Positions 17,376 to 25,970 of a stretch of 55,626 bases of DNA are shown piece by piece. This stretch comes from Planctomycetota bacterium (lineage in GTDB: Bacteria; Planctomycetota; Planctomycetia; Planctomycetales; Planctomycetaceae). The DNA lies in NCBI GenBank assembly GCA_043778825.1, contig JAYWFM010000230.1, forward strand, positions 1 through 55,626, given 5' to 3'. Each line of letters begins with the position of its first letter. Position 1 is the stretch's first letter. Below the pieces are notes generated by a model that saw nothing but the letters and a program-made list of their open reading frames with translations, did not search any database and was not told where the DNA came from. A program made the translations under genes and the position numbers.

Positions 17376-17628
17376 TTGCCCGTCCGTCTTGCGCAACGAG
17401 GGGTAATTCACCACGGAGGCACGGAGGCACGGAGAGGAGGAAGTCAACGCAAAGCCGCAAGGGCGCAAAGACGCCAAGGGAAGAGACATATCGTTCAGTC
17501 CTTTGCGCCTTTGCGCCTTCGCGTCTTGGCGTTGAATTCTTGTGTTCGTGTCGGACATGTCGATCTCCACTCGGGGACGGGCAGGATTGCCCATCCTACG
17601 ACGGACGGGCAAATGTGCCCGTCCCACG
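17361..17628. repeat. Repeat-dense spacer bounded by a perfect 28-bp inverted pair of class F REP-like hairpins (GTGG-GACGGGCA-CATT-TGCCCGTC-C)
   Basis: 17361-17388 is the exact reverse complement of 17601-17628. A degenerate third copy lies at about 17573-17596. Internally there are GCGCAAAG/CGCCAAG-type imperfect inverted repeats at 17440-17535. Confidence 0.85.
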
Positions 17629-18600
17629 TCACGTCACAGCCGCCCGCGACAGCACCTCGCCACGTTCGCGGATGGCATCATCAATCTCGGCCAAGTCCTG
17701 CTCGGTGAGGACCAGATCCATCGCACCCGCCGACTCCTGAATCTGGTCGGGGCGCTTGGCTCCGCACAGAGCCACAGTAACTCCCGGCCTTTGGATCGTC
17801 CATGCGGTCACGAGTTGGGCCAGCGGGCAACCGTGCCGGGCGGCAATCGGACTCAACTTGTCCAGGAAGTCGTGGGTCTGGTCCCACTGGTCGCCCTGGA
17901 ACACCGGGTACTTCTGGCGACCATCCTTCGGATCCCACACATGGTCACGGGCCAGCTTCCCAGCCAGGAACCCTTTCATCAGCGGCCAGTAGACAGCCAC
18001 CGAGACCCCGTGCTGCTGGCACCACGGCAGCCGCTCGGACTCGATCTCGCGTTGCAACATGTTGAAGTGCGGCTGGTCGGCAGAGATGGGGCAGACGGCG
18101 TGAAACGCTTCGTACTGGCTGATCTGCGAAAAGTTCGAGACGCCAACGGCCCGCACCTTGCCCGCTTCGAGCAGTTCCTTCAGCGCCCCTGCCGACTCAG
18201 CGATCGGAACACTCGGGTCCGGGGCATGCAGGTAATAGAGGTCGATCACCTCCATGCCCAGCCGCTGCAGGCTCTCGTCGCACTGCCGACGAATCGTCTC
18301 GGGCCGGGCGTCCTTGACCTGCTTCTGATCCCGCCCCCAGTGGATGCCGCACTTGGTGGCGATCACGACCTCTTTGCGATGAGGCCGCAGCACCCGCCCG
18401 ACCAGCTTCTCGCTCTCGCCGTCGTAGCCGTAGCAATACGCCGTGTCGAAGAAGTTGATCCCGGCCTCGAGTGCCGCCGCAATCGTGGCCAGGCTGTCGG
18501 CCTCCGTGACCCCAACACTCGTGATCCCGGCGATCGGCCAGCAGCCCAGCGCGACCGGCGAGACCCACAGATCGGTTTGGCCAATACGACGACGTGTCAT
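17629..18600 (-). CDS. Aldo/keto reductase family oxidoreductase
   Basis: MTRRRIGQTDLWVSPVALGCW..., FFDTAYCYG, DLYYLHAPD and GVSNFS are typical AKR blocks. Confidence 0.9.
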   Translation of the reverse strand: MTRRRIGQTDLWVSPVALGCWPIAGITSVGVTEADSLATIAAALEAGINFFDTAYCYGYDGESEKLVGRVLRPHRKEVVIATKCGIHWGRDQKQVKDARPETIRRQCDESLQRLGMEVIDLYYLHAPDPSVPIAESAGALKELLEAGKVRAVGVSNFSQISQYEAFHAVCPISADQPHFNMLQREIESERLPWCQQHGVSVAVYWPLMKGFLAGKLARDHVWDPKDGRQKYPVFQGDQWDQTHDFLDKLSPIAARHGCPLAQLVTAWTIQRPGVTVALCGAKRPDQIQESAGAMDLVLTEQDLAEIDDAIRERGEVLSRAAVT

Positions 18601-18696
18601 GAGGAATCCAGTCAGATTGGCGAGCCCCCGGTGTGAGCCGGGGTGTCCGAGGAATCAGGTGACAAGCAATGGCTTAGCATCGTTCGAGAAACAAGA

Positions 18697-18746
18697 GTCG
18701 TCTTTCGCTCCGCGAAAGACCGGCCTTTCGCGGAGCGAAAGGCGAC
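18697..18746. repeat. Class B palindromic element, copy 2
   Basis: GTCGTCTTTCGCTCCGCGAAAGACCGGCCTTTCGCGGAGCGAAAGGCGAC. Confidence 0.88.
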
Positions 18747-18823
18747 AATCAGTCAGTTATTCCTCGAACGATCCTTACACTCTCTGGCGGGAACACCCCG
18801 GCTGACGCCGGGGGCTCGCTGGA

Positions 18824-19924
18824 TCACCCCAACTGATGATTCACATCGACCCACGTCTTCTTCTCCGCCGATTCGAGCACCGCATCGGCCACACCTTGGG
18901 CCAATGCCCCGTGGTCGAACCCCGGCACAGCGGGCCGGTCTTCGACGATGGCCGAGGTCAACTCGTACACGAGGTCATACCGGAAGACGGTACTCGGCAC
19001 GCCTTCGTCCGGGTTGCGGGGGCTGCCTTCGATGACGAGGAACTCGCGCGGGACCGGGACCGTTTCCATCGTCCCGCCGTGCTTGCCCATCAGGATCGTG
19101 TTCGGCTCGGTCAGTCGGTACACAGCTGAGCCTTGCGACCCGTTGATCTCGGCCCACTCCCAGCCGAAGCCGTTGTTGTGGTGCCCCTTGGCGAGCGTGG
19201 TTCCTTCCCACACGCCGACGGCTCCGTTCTTGAAGCGGCCAATCAGAGCGGACCAGTCGTCGACATTGGACGGCTCGCACGCCTTGCCGTCGGCTGTGGT
19301 CGTGCGCGGGGCGAAGGTCGCGACCGCTCCGGTGATCGACTCGATCGGTCCGCACAGGTCCATCGCAAAATCGATGCGGTGGATCGTCATGTCGAACAGA
19401 TCGCCCGCTCCAGCCAGGTGCTTGTACTGCCGCCAGCCCCAGCTCGTCTCGGGCCAGTCGAGGAACCGCTGGCTGCGGAAGTGCCGAATCTCGCCGAGGG
19501 CTCCGGTCTGGACGAGGTGCCGCAAGTATCGCATCGACGGAGCGAAGCGGTAGGTGAACGCCGTCATGTGCTTGAGGTGGTTGTCCCGTGCGGCCCGGAA
19601 CATCTCGGCCGACTGTTCGAAGTTCAGCCCCAGCGGCTTCTCGCACATCATGTGCTTGCCGCCCTGGGCACAAGCCAGGACGATCTCGTGATGCGTGAAG
19701 TTCGGCGTGGCGATGATCACCGCGTCGATGTCGGGATCGTTGGCGATGTCCTGGTACTTCGTGGTGATCTTCGAGATGCCCCAGTCCTTGACCCGTTGCT
19801 GGAGCAGCGTCTCATTGGGGTCACAGATGGCCACGAGTTCGGACCGCTGGTCGAGGCGGATGCCGGGGACGTGGTGGTAATCGGAGACGGCACCGGCTCC
19901 GATGATGGCGTAGCGGACTGGCAT
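18824..19924 (-). CDS. Gfo/Idh/MocA family oxidoreductase
   Basis: It has the Rossmann N-terminus MPVRYAIIGAGAVSDYH, plus EKPL and related family blocks. The upstream part of the ORF (to 20089) runs through a class B repeat and was discarded. Confidence 0.88.
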   Translation of the reverse strand: MPVRYAIIGAGAVSDYHHVPGIRLDQRSELVAICDPNETLLQQRVKDWGISKITTKYQDIANDPDIDAVIIATPNFTHHEIVLACAQGGKHMMCEKPLGLNFEQSAEMFRAARDNHLKHMTAFTYRFAPSMRYLRHLVQTGALGEIRHFRSQRFLDWPETSWGWRQYKHLAGAGDLFDMTIHRIDFAMDLCGPIESITGAVATFAPRTTTADGKACEPSNVDDWSALIGRFKNGAVGVWEGTTLAKGHHNNGFGWEWAEINGSQGSAVYRLTEPNTILMGKHGGTMETVPVPREFLVIEGSPRNPDEGVPSTVFRYDLVYELTSAIVEDRPAVPGFDHGALAQGVADAVLESAEKKTWVDVNHQLG

Positions 19925-20037
19925 GGTGGGGAGGGGGCGAAGGGAGGAGGGGGGAGGGGAGGAGGGGAGGAGGGACAGAGGCTTATGATGGCGGGCGAGA
20001 GGCGGGGTGACAATCGAAGGGGTGGGCCGCTCACTGT

Positions 20038-20087
20038 GTCGCCTTTTGCTCCGCAAAAGAGCGTCCTTTTTCGGAGAAAAAGGCGAC
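20038..20087. repeat. Class B palindromic element, copy 3
   Basis: GTCGCCTTTTGCTCCGCAAAAGAGCGTCCTTTTTCGGAGAAAAAGGCGAC. It is nearly identical to the copy at 48977. Confidence 0.88.
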
Positions 20088-20101
20088 AAACCCCGAGCCG
20101 C

Positions 20102-21064
20102 TCACTCGGTGGGGTCGAACCGGCTGCCAACGATGGCGGGGTAACCGCGGAGGAATTCGGCGATGGCCATCGGGCGTTTGCCGACGGGTTGGAGGCGTTC
20201 GATTGGCAGGCTGCCATCGGCACATTTCACGCGGAGGGATTTGCCGTCGTTGTGGACCACGGTGCCGGGGGCGTGGTCGCTGGTGTCCGGGTATGGATCT
20301 GGCGTGACTTCGAGGATCAGGACTCGCAGCGGAGGGCGGCCCTCGATTTTGAGGAAGGCGTACGGCATCGGCCACGGCTGCATCGCGCGGACTTGGCAGT
20401 CGATCTGCTGGCCCGTTTGGGACCAGTCGATGGCTCCGAATTCTTTCTTGAGCTTGGGGGCCTTGGTGACGAGAGACTGGTCCTGCAGCGTGCCGGTGAG
20501 TGGGCCGCGTTCGAGATCATCCAGGAACTGGAGCGTGACCGGGGCGACGAGATCGGCCATGCGAATTTCGAGTTCCCCGGCGGTCTCGCGCGGGCCAATG
20601 GGAGTCTTGACGGTCGCCAGGATCGGCCCGGCATCGAGCCTGGGTTCGATCTTGAAGATCGAGACGCCGGTTTCCGTCTCTCCCTTCCAGACGGCGTACT
20701 GAATCGGGGCCGCTCCACGGTACTTGGGGAGCAGTGAGGCATGCAGGTTGTAGCACCCCTGCGGAGGAACGCCGATCACTTCCGCCGAGAGAATCTGCCC
20801 GTAGGCAGCCACCATGAACAGGTCGGCGTGGAGCGCTCGCAGTGGGGCCAGACTCTCTTCGGTGTTGATGTTCGTGGGCTGCAGGACCGGGATACCGCGC
20901 GCGATCGCAAACTCCTTCATGACGTTGGCGTGGACGCGACCTCGGGCATCGAACCGGTCGGGCTGGGTGACCAGTCCGACGACGCTGTGGTGAGAGTCAG
21001 CCAGAGCTTGGAAGCTCGGCAGGGCGAACTCGCCGGTGCCGAGCATGGCGATGCGGTAGGGCAT
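20102..21064 (-). CDS. fmt: Methionyl-tRNA formyltransferase
   Basis: MPYRIAMLGTGEFALPSFQAL...VVGLVTQPDR, HASLLPKYRGAAPIQYA, and the C-terminal Fmt domain. Confidence 0.92.
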   Translation of the reverse strand: MPYRIAMLGTGEFALPSFQALADSHHSVVGLVTQPDRFDARGRVHANVMKEFAIARGIPVLQPTNINTEESLAPLRALHADLFMVAAYGQILSAEVIGVPPQGCYNLHASLLPKYRGAAPIQYAVWKGETETGVSIFKIEPRLDAGPILATVKTPIGPRETAGELEIRMADLVAPVTLQFLDDLERGPLTGTLQDQSLVTKAPKLKKEFGAIDWSQTGQQIDCQVRAMQPWPMPYAFLKIEGRPPLRVLILEVTPDPYPDTSDHAPGTVVHNDGKSLRVKCADGSLPIERLQPVGKRPMAIAEFLRGYPAIVGSRFDPTE

Positions 21065-21105
21065 GGGGGGGGGGATCGTTGAGGGTTGAGGGTTGAGGGT
21101 TGAGG
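21065..21105. repeat. Homopolymer G10 (C10 on the fmt strand) abutting the fmt start codon, followed by a (GTTGAGG)x4 heptamer tandem repeat
   Basis: Read directly from the sequence. A related module (G9 + CGTTGAGGGTTGAGGG) lies at 23530-23556. Confidence 0.85.
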
Positions 21106-21134
21106 GGCAGTAGGAGGACAGTTCGCGACTCCAC

Positions 21135-21225
21135 CTATCCCGAAGGGATTCCAGCGAATAGCCGGTGGTCAGCGCAGCGCCACCACCGGAGAAAGGACGT
21201 GAGTCGGTCCCTATCCCGAAGGGAT
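21135..21225. repeat. Class G element (ATCCC-GAA-GGGAT hairpin + GAATAGCC + GGTGGT...ACCACC hairpin)
   Basis: CTATCCCGAAGGGAT occurs twice here. The motif AGCCGGTGGT(C/T)(A/G)AGCGCAGCG(C/A)CACCACCGG is shared with 51300-51330 and 51464-51494. Confidence 0.75.
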
Positions 21226-21310
21226 TGAAGCCGTCTTTCGTATCAATTCCGATTCTCAGTAGCGACCTTCGCCAGAACGTGGGCGACTGATCTTGGCGTC
21301 ATCGGTGGTC

Positions 21311-21350
21311 GACAGACTTCCGAGGTCTCGGAAGACTTCGGAAGTCTTCC
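21311..21350. repeat. Class K palindrome (GACTTCCGA(A/G)GTCTC(C/G)GAAGACTTCGGAAGTC), copy 1
   Basis: Copies lie at 32401-32438 and 46452-46486. Confidence 0.8.
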
Positions 21351-21409
21351 CTTCTGTTCCGACGCGGGTTCCGGTTGCCCACGTTCTGGCGAACGTGGCT
21401 ACGGGGAGA

Positions 21410-22930
21410 TTACACGCCGAACAACGGAGCAAACCTTGACCGCAGGTGCGTCAACAGTGGCTCGGCGGAGAGGGGGCGGCCGGTGACTTGCTCCACGAGG
21501 ACGGATGCGCGGTGGTGCATGCCGTGGCGGTGGATCTTCTGGTTCAGCCACTCCTTGAGCGGCTGGAACTCGCCCCGCGCGAACATCGTCGACAGGTCGC
21601 CGAGTTCGGTCTTGGCCTGCTCGAAGAACTGCGAGGCGTACATGTTGCCGAGGGCATACGTCGGGAAGTATCCCAGCAGTCCGGCGCTCCAGTGGACATC
21701 TTGCAGGCAACCCAGCGCATCGTCTGGCGGAGTCATGCCGAAGTATTCGCGGAACCGTTCGTTCCAGGCGGTTGGCACATCGGCGGGTTGCAGGTCGCCG
21801 TTGATGAGGGCCTGTTCCAGATCGAACCGCAGCATGATGTGCAGGTTGTACGTGACCTCATCGGCCTCCACGCGAATCCAGGAGGGCTGGACATTGTTGA
21901 TGGCGAAGTGAAAGTCGTCGAGCGAGGTGCTGCCGAGGGCTTCGGGAAACGACGCTTGGGCGTGAGGATAAAAGAATTCCCAGAAGGCGCGGCTGCGACC
22001 GACGAGGTTCTCCCACATGCGGGATTGGGATTCGTGAATGCCGAGCGAGGCCGCGTCTCCGCAGGCGAGGCCGAACTGGGCGGGGTCGAGACCCTGCTCG
22101 TAGATACCGTGCCCGGCTTCGTGCAGAACGCCGAAAAACGCCCCCGGAAAGTGATGCTCGTTATAGCGTGTTGTCAGACGGCAATCGCCGGGGCCGATCC
22201 CGCTGCAGAATGGGTGGGCCGAGGTATCGAGACGACCTCGCTCGAAGTCAAAGCCAATGGCGGCTGCGGCGCGTGCGGCAAAGCTGGCCTGGGTGGCGAT
22301 GGGGTAGGAGCGGGTGAGGATCGAGGTGTCGGGGCGTCGACTGGAGTCGCGAATGGTGGCCACCAGCGGGACCAGCTCCCGACGCAGAGACGTGAAGACG
22401 CGCTGGATGTCCGAGGTCAGCGCACCGGGTTCGTAGTCGTCGAGCAGCGCATCGTACAACACGCCCGACTCCGCTCCGACGGCTTGTGCCTCCTGCCGCT
22501 TGAGGCCGATCGTCTTCTCCAGCCAGGGGAGGAACTGTTTGAAATCCTTCGCCTTCTTCGAGGCGACCCAGGCTTGTTGAGCGAGCGTGGCACAGCGGGA
22601 CAACTCTTCGACCAGCGATTGATCGAGCTTGCGGGCGCGGTCGTACTTGCGACGGGCCTCGCGGACGTTGGCGGCCACCATCGAATCGGGACCGCCGAGA
22701 GCTGACTCGTCTTGCAGTTGATCGAAGTAGTCACCGATCTCGGGGCGGGTGCCGCGTTCATGGGCCAGTCCGGCGATCTGGGCCGACTGATTCGCGCGGT
22801 GCTCCGCTCCCCCGGGGGGCATGAGCGTCTGCTCGTCCCAGCCGAGCAATCCCAGTGTGGATTTCAGCAGCGCGACCTGGCGGAGTTCGCTGAACAAACG
22901 ACTGGCGACATCGAGAGGGGAAGAGGGCAC
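21410..22930 (-). CDS. Carboxypeptidase M32 (Taq-type metallocarboxypeptidase)
   Basis: It has the HEXXH motif in GVLHEAGHGIYEQG, plus HESQSRMWEN and IRVEADEVTYNLH blocks. The GTG start is preceded by AAGGAG. Confidence 0.9.
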   Translation of the reverse strand: MPSSPLDVASRLFSELRQVALLKSTLGLLGWDEQTLMPPGGAEHRANQSAQIAGLAHERGTRPEIGDYFDQLQDESALGGPDSMVAANVREARRKYDRARKLDQSLVEELSRCATLAQQAWVASKKAKDFKQFLPWLEKTIGLKRQEAQAVGAESGVLYDALLDDYEPGALTSDIQRVFTSLRRELVPLVATIRDSSRRPDTSILTRSYPIATQASFAARAAAAIGFDFERGRLDTSAHPFCSGIGPGDCRLTTRYNEHHFPGAFFGVLHEAGHGIYEQGLDPAQFGLACGDAASLGIHESQSRMWENLVGRSRAFWEFFYPHAQASFPEALGSTSLDDFHFAINNVQPSWIRVEADEVTYNLHIMLRFDLEQALINGDLQPADVPTAWNERFREYFGMTPPDDALGCLQDVHWSAGLLGYFPTYALGNMYASQFFEQAKTELGDLSTMFARGEFQPLKEWLNQKIHRHGMHHRASVLVEQVTGRPLSAEPLLTHLRSRFAPLFGV

Positions 22931-23284
22931 GGGGGCTCCTTGAGGCGGGCGAACTGACGGTGGATGAATGCACTGTAGCGAATTCCCAGTGTTTTCAACG
23001 ACCTCAGCTGTTGACCGATTGCAGCAATCGTGACTTCTTGGAAATCTGGGAAATATTTACCGCACGCTCGGAAACAAGACATAGGTTTGTGTGTTCCGAG
23101 AGTGACGGCCTGATGAAACAGATGGCCAGCACGAACGGAACCTTGTTCACTCGGCAACGGGTGAACTCGACTCCATGGGAAATCGGATTGTGGGTCGGCG
23201 GGGGATGTACCTCGTCGAGAACACGGTCCAAGTGGGTTGCGGTGCGTGAGAGACACCACAGCCGTCATTCGAGAGGATAGAGAC

Positions 23285-23449
23285 ATGTTGGCATCCGTTG
23301 TGAAGTTCCTGAAGAGCGAAGATGGCCCGACCGCTGTTGAGTACGCGGTCATGCTGGCTCTGATCGTCATCGTCTGCCTGACCGCCATCAAGGCTGTCGG
23401 CACCAATGCGAACGCCCGGTTCAACCAGGTTTCGAATCAGTTGACGTGA
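23285..23449 (+). CDS. flp: Flp family type IVb pilin (54 aa)
   Basis: MLASVVKFLKSEDG/PTAVEYAVMLALIVIV carries the G-x4-EY Flp processing motif followed by a hydrophobic helix. Confidence 0.88.
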   Translation: MLASVVKFLKSEDGPTAVEYAVMLALIVIVCLTAIKAVGTNANARFNQVSNQLT

Positions 23450-23484
23450 TCACTGGCCGGAAACGGCCTGACCGACACACTGAC

Positions 23485-23520
23485 AACCGTTCTGCGGGGC
23501 TTCGGCCCGGCAGGACGGTT
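23485..23520 (+). terminator. GC-rich hairpin downstream of flp (AACCGTTCTGCGGGGC-TTCG-GCCCGGCAGGACGGTT)
   Basis: The stem-loop begins 36 nt after the flp stop. There is no clear U-tract, so an intrinsic-terminator role is inferred only from position. Confidence 0.5.
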
Positions 23521-23529
23521 GTTCGCATT

Positions 23530-23610
23530 GGGGGGGGGAACGTTGAGGGTTGAGGGAATGAGAAACTCGATTCGCTCTCCCCTCTGTCGCTCAACGCTCC
23601 CCCCTCAACC
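23530..23610. repeat. G9 + GTTGAGG heptamer module and its inverted partner (CTCAACGCTCCCCCCTCAACC)
   Basis: Same module type as 21065-21105. Confidence 0.7.
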
Positions 23611-23741
23611 GATTCTCCAGAATCTCAAAAAGTTCTTTTTGACCTCTCTCCCGTGCGACCTAGGCTTGATGACTCCGTGAGCGCGGGTCGGACCTCATCG
23701 GTCCCGACCGCTCCCGGAACACCGATTCAATTGGAGCACTC

Positions 23742-23846
23742 ATGATTCCCTTCTGGCTGCCTTTTGAACTCACTCCCCTTCTTGGTGCGGCCTCCATGGC
23801 CGCTGGGAGCCTGCTGTGGTTCCTGGCGGGTGGTGTTCGTTCCTGA
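23742..23846 (+). CDS. Candidate 34-aa hydrophobic micro-protein between flp and cpaA (MIPFWLPFELTPLLGAASMAAGSLLWFLAGGVRS)
   Basis: The ATG is preceded by GGAG at -10. The ORF is on the same strand as the tad genes and has a single predicted TM-like segment. It is too short for confident calling. Confidence 0.3.
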   Translation: MIPFWLPFELTPLLGAASMAAGSLLWFLAGGVRS

Positions 23847-23958
23847 TCCCCTCTGGAGATGCCCGAGCGGCATCCGGACTCCATCACGATCGATTCGCGG
23901 GCCGGAGGCTTCGCAAGCGTGATGGAGAGATTCCCCCTCATCTGAAAGGTCGACACAC

Positions 23959-24510
23959 ATGGATTGGCACAGCATTCTCGTGGACAACTGGCACGTCAAA
24001 CTCGTTGCGGTGGTCATGATCTGGGCGGCCTGGATCGATGGCAAAGAGCTGCGTGTGCCGAACTGGCTGACCTTTCCAATGGTCCTGACGGGCCTGATCT
24101 ACGGCACGTGTGTCGGGGGGTGGGAAGGTCTGGGAGCCGCTCTGCTCGGGATGACGGTCGGGCTGATTACGATGCTGCCGATCTATGCGGTGGGCGGCAT
24201 GGGAGCGGGCGATGTGAAGCTGATGGCGGGGCTGGGAGCCTGGCTGGGGTGGAACGTCGCGTTCAACGCCTTCATCTGGACGGTGTTTACCGGAGCCGCG
24301 ATGGCCCTGGTGATGGTGGCCTACTCGGGCCAATGGACGAAGCACTACGGTCAGTTCCTGATCATCTGGCACGAGTGGACCACGATTCGTGATCCGAAGA
24401 AGCTCTCGGAGATCGCCGCCGAACGGAAGCCCCGGATGTACCTGCTGCCGTACGGGATTCCGATGACGGTGGCGTCCATCGCCTACTTCTTCTACGCCGG
24501 AATGATGTAG
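23959..24510 (+). CDS. cpaA: Prepilin peptidase CpaA/TadV (A24 family aspartic peptidase)
   Basis: It is multi-TM, with the conserved aspartates in AAWIDGKELRVPN and GMGAGDVKLMAGLGAWLG. Confidence 0.88.
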   Translation: MDWHSILVDNWHVKLVAVVMIWAAWIDGKELRVPNWLTFPMVLTGLIYGTCVGGWEGLGAALLGMTVGLITMLPIYAVGGMGAGDVKLMAGLGAWLGWNVAFNAFIWTVFTGAAMALVMVAYSGQWTKHYGQFLIIWHEWTTIRDPKKLSEIAAERKPRMYLLPYGIPMTVASIAYFFYAGMM

Positions 24511-24763
24511 TCGCCACCTCGCGGGAGCGACTGCTCCGGCAGAAACCGCCGATGCCCCGTGTGATGGACACATGACGCGGGGTGTCACGGCTTGACGACC
24601 GGAAAGTCGAGCCAGCGGGACAAGTCGTTCCGACCATTCGAATCGTCACAACCCGCATAATGTGAAGTGCTGGTCCTGTCGCAGCCGATGTTGTTCACGG
24701 GTCGAAATGTTTTCGGCTCCGGGAACGACTTGGACACAGGTCCCCCTCCCGGAGTGAAGCCAC

Positions 24764-25825
24764 ATGAAACCCAAGGCACTGATGTTGTTGGCCGTCGCCA
24801 TTGGCTGTGGTCTGGTCGCGATGCTGGGAGTCCAGCAGGCGATGCAGGGCAGCCAGAAGGAAGTGGTCATCGAGACCCGCAAGGTCTTGCTGGCCGTCAA
24901 GGACATCAAAACGGGCGAACGTCTCTCAGAAGAGAACGTGGCCCTGACGGAAGTCCCCGTGACGACCCTGGAGGGTCTCAAAGGCGACGTGGTTCTGAAG
25001 GTGGAGGATTACGAAGAGCGTTCTCTGACGATGTCCGTGTTGGCCGGTGACCCGATTCGCAAGTCCAAGATGAGCGAAAAGGGGATGTACGGGGCCTCGC
25101 AGGCGATTCCGAAAGGGATGCGGATCTTCACCATGGTGGCCAACGACACACAAACACACAGCGGAATGCTGCGTCCCAGCGACAAGGTCGATGTCACAGT
25201 CACCTTCACCGCGCGGAACGGCGGCACGGTCAACAAGGTGCTGTTGGAGTGCATCGAAGTCTTTGCCTGCGAGAACAAGACGGTCAACAGTGAAGATGGG
25301 AAGAACGAACAGCGGGCCCGCAATGTCTCGCTGCTCGTGACCCCGGAACAGGATGGATTCGTCAAGATCGCGCAGTCCAAGGGTCAACTGGCCTTGTCGC
25401 TTCGGAACCCGGACGATGACGAGGTCGTCAATGCCAACGGAGTCAACTCCCAGGCACTGGATGACCTGCAGCATTCGATCGGCAACGACGATGTGCCGGG
25501 ATACGCGCGGGGTCGGTACCAGGATCTGGATGACGAAGGGAAAGCTCCCGATGCGAAAGCAGAGGCTGCGACTCCCGTCGAACCGGTTCCGGCACCAGTA
25601 GACTCCACCCCCGCAGCCCCGGGCAATGTGCAGGGTTTCCTGAATCAGGGGGCGGTGGCCTCCGTCGATCCGCAGAAAACCAATCGCTGGACCATGAAGA
25701 TCTACAATGGCAATGAAGCCGTGCGTGTCGACGTGGAAGATGTCCCACCGGAAACGACAGCCGCTCCCACGAGTGGTGGCGTTCCCGGAATGTTGAAGAG
25801 CCTGTGGTCGTCCGGTCAGAAATGA
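24764..25825 (+). CDS. cpaB: Flp pilus assembly protein CpaB/RcpC, with an acidic/Pro-rich C-terminal extension
   Basis: It has an N-terminal anchor (MKPKALMLLAVAIGCGLVAMLG), a SAF-like segment (VLLAVKDIKTGERL), and RcpC-type beta domains. Confidence 0.85.
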   Translation: MKPKALMLLAVAIGCGLVAMLGVQQAMQGSQKEVVIETRKVLLAVKDIKTGERLSEENVALTEVPVTTLEGLKGDVVLKVEDYEERSLTMSVLAGDPIRKSKMSEKGMYGASQAIPKGMRIFTMVANDTQTHSGMLRPSDKVDVTVTFTARNGGTVNKVLLECIEVFACENKTVNSEDGKNEQRARNVSLLVTPEQDGFVKIAQSKGQLALSLRNPDDDEVVNANGVNSQALDDLQHSIGNDDVPGYARGRYQDLDDEGKAPDAKAEAATPVEPVPAPVDSTPAAPGNVQGFLNQGAVASVDPQKTNRWTMKIYNGNEAVRVDVEDVPPETTAAPTSGGVPGMLKSLWSSGQK

Positions 25826-25970
25826 CAGCGGCCACTTCCCGCAATCGGGGATCGATTGCGTCACGAGTTCCAAGAGATGTGCATGACGCCAGTGTCTGAA
25901 GGCAGGGTTTCACGGAGACGTGGAACCCTGCCTGATGTCCGTCGCATGCGGTTCTTTTCGAGGTGCAAGG

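Noticed and set aside
17376-17627. An N-terminal 84-aa extension of the PSCyt ORF (and similar extensions of ORFs at 18824-20089, 38165-39784, 39879-40901, 46516-47415, 47480-48973 and 48985-50295).
   Set aside because: The extensions consist entirely of palindromic repeat DNA, which is stop-free in some frames. Internal ATG or GTG codons with an RBS, a signal peptide or a conserved N-terminus give better starts.
22960-23280. A 106-aa ORF upstream of flp in a lower-GC stretch.
   Set aside because: It has no RBS or motifs, and its composition is atypical for coding DNA of this genome. It is more likely the promoter or leader region of the flp operon.
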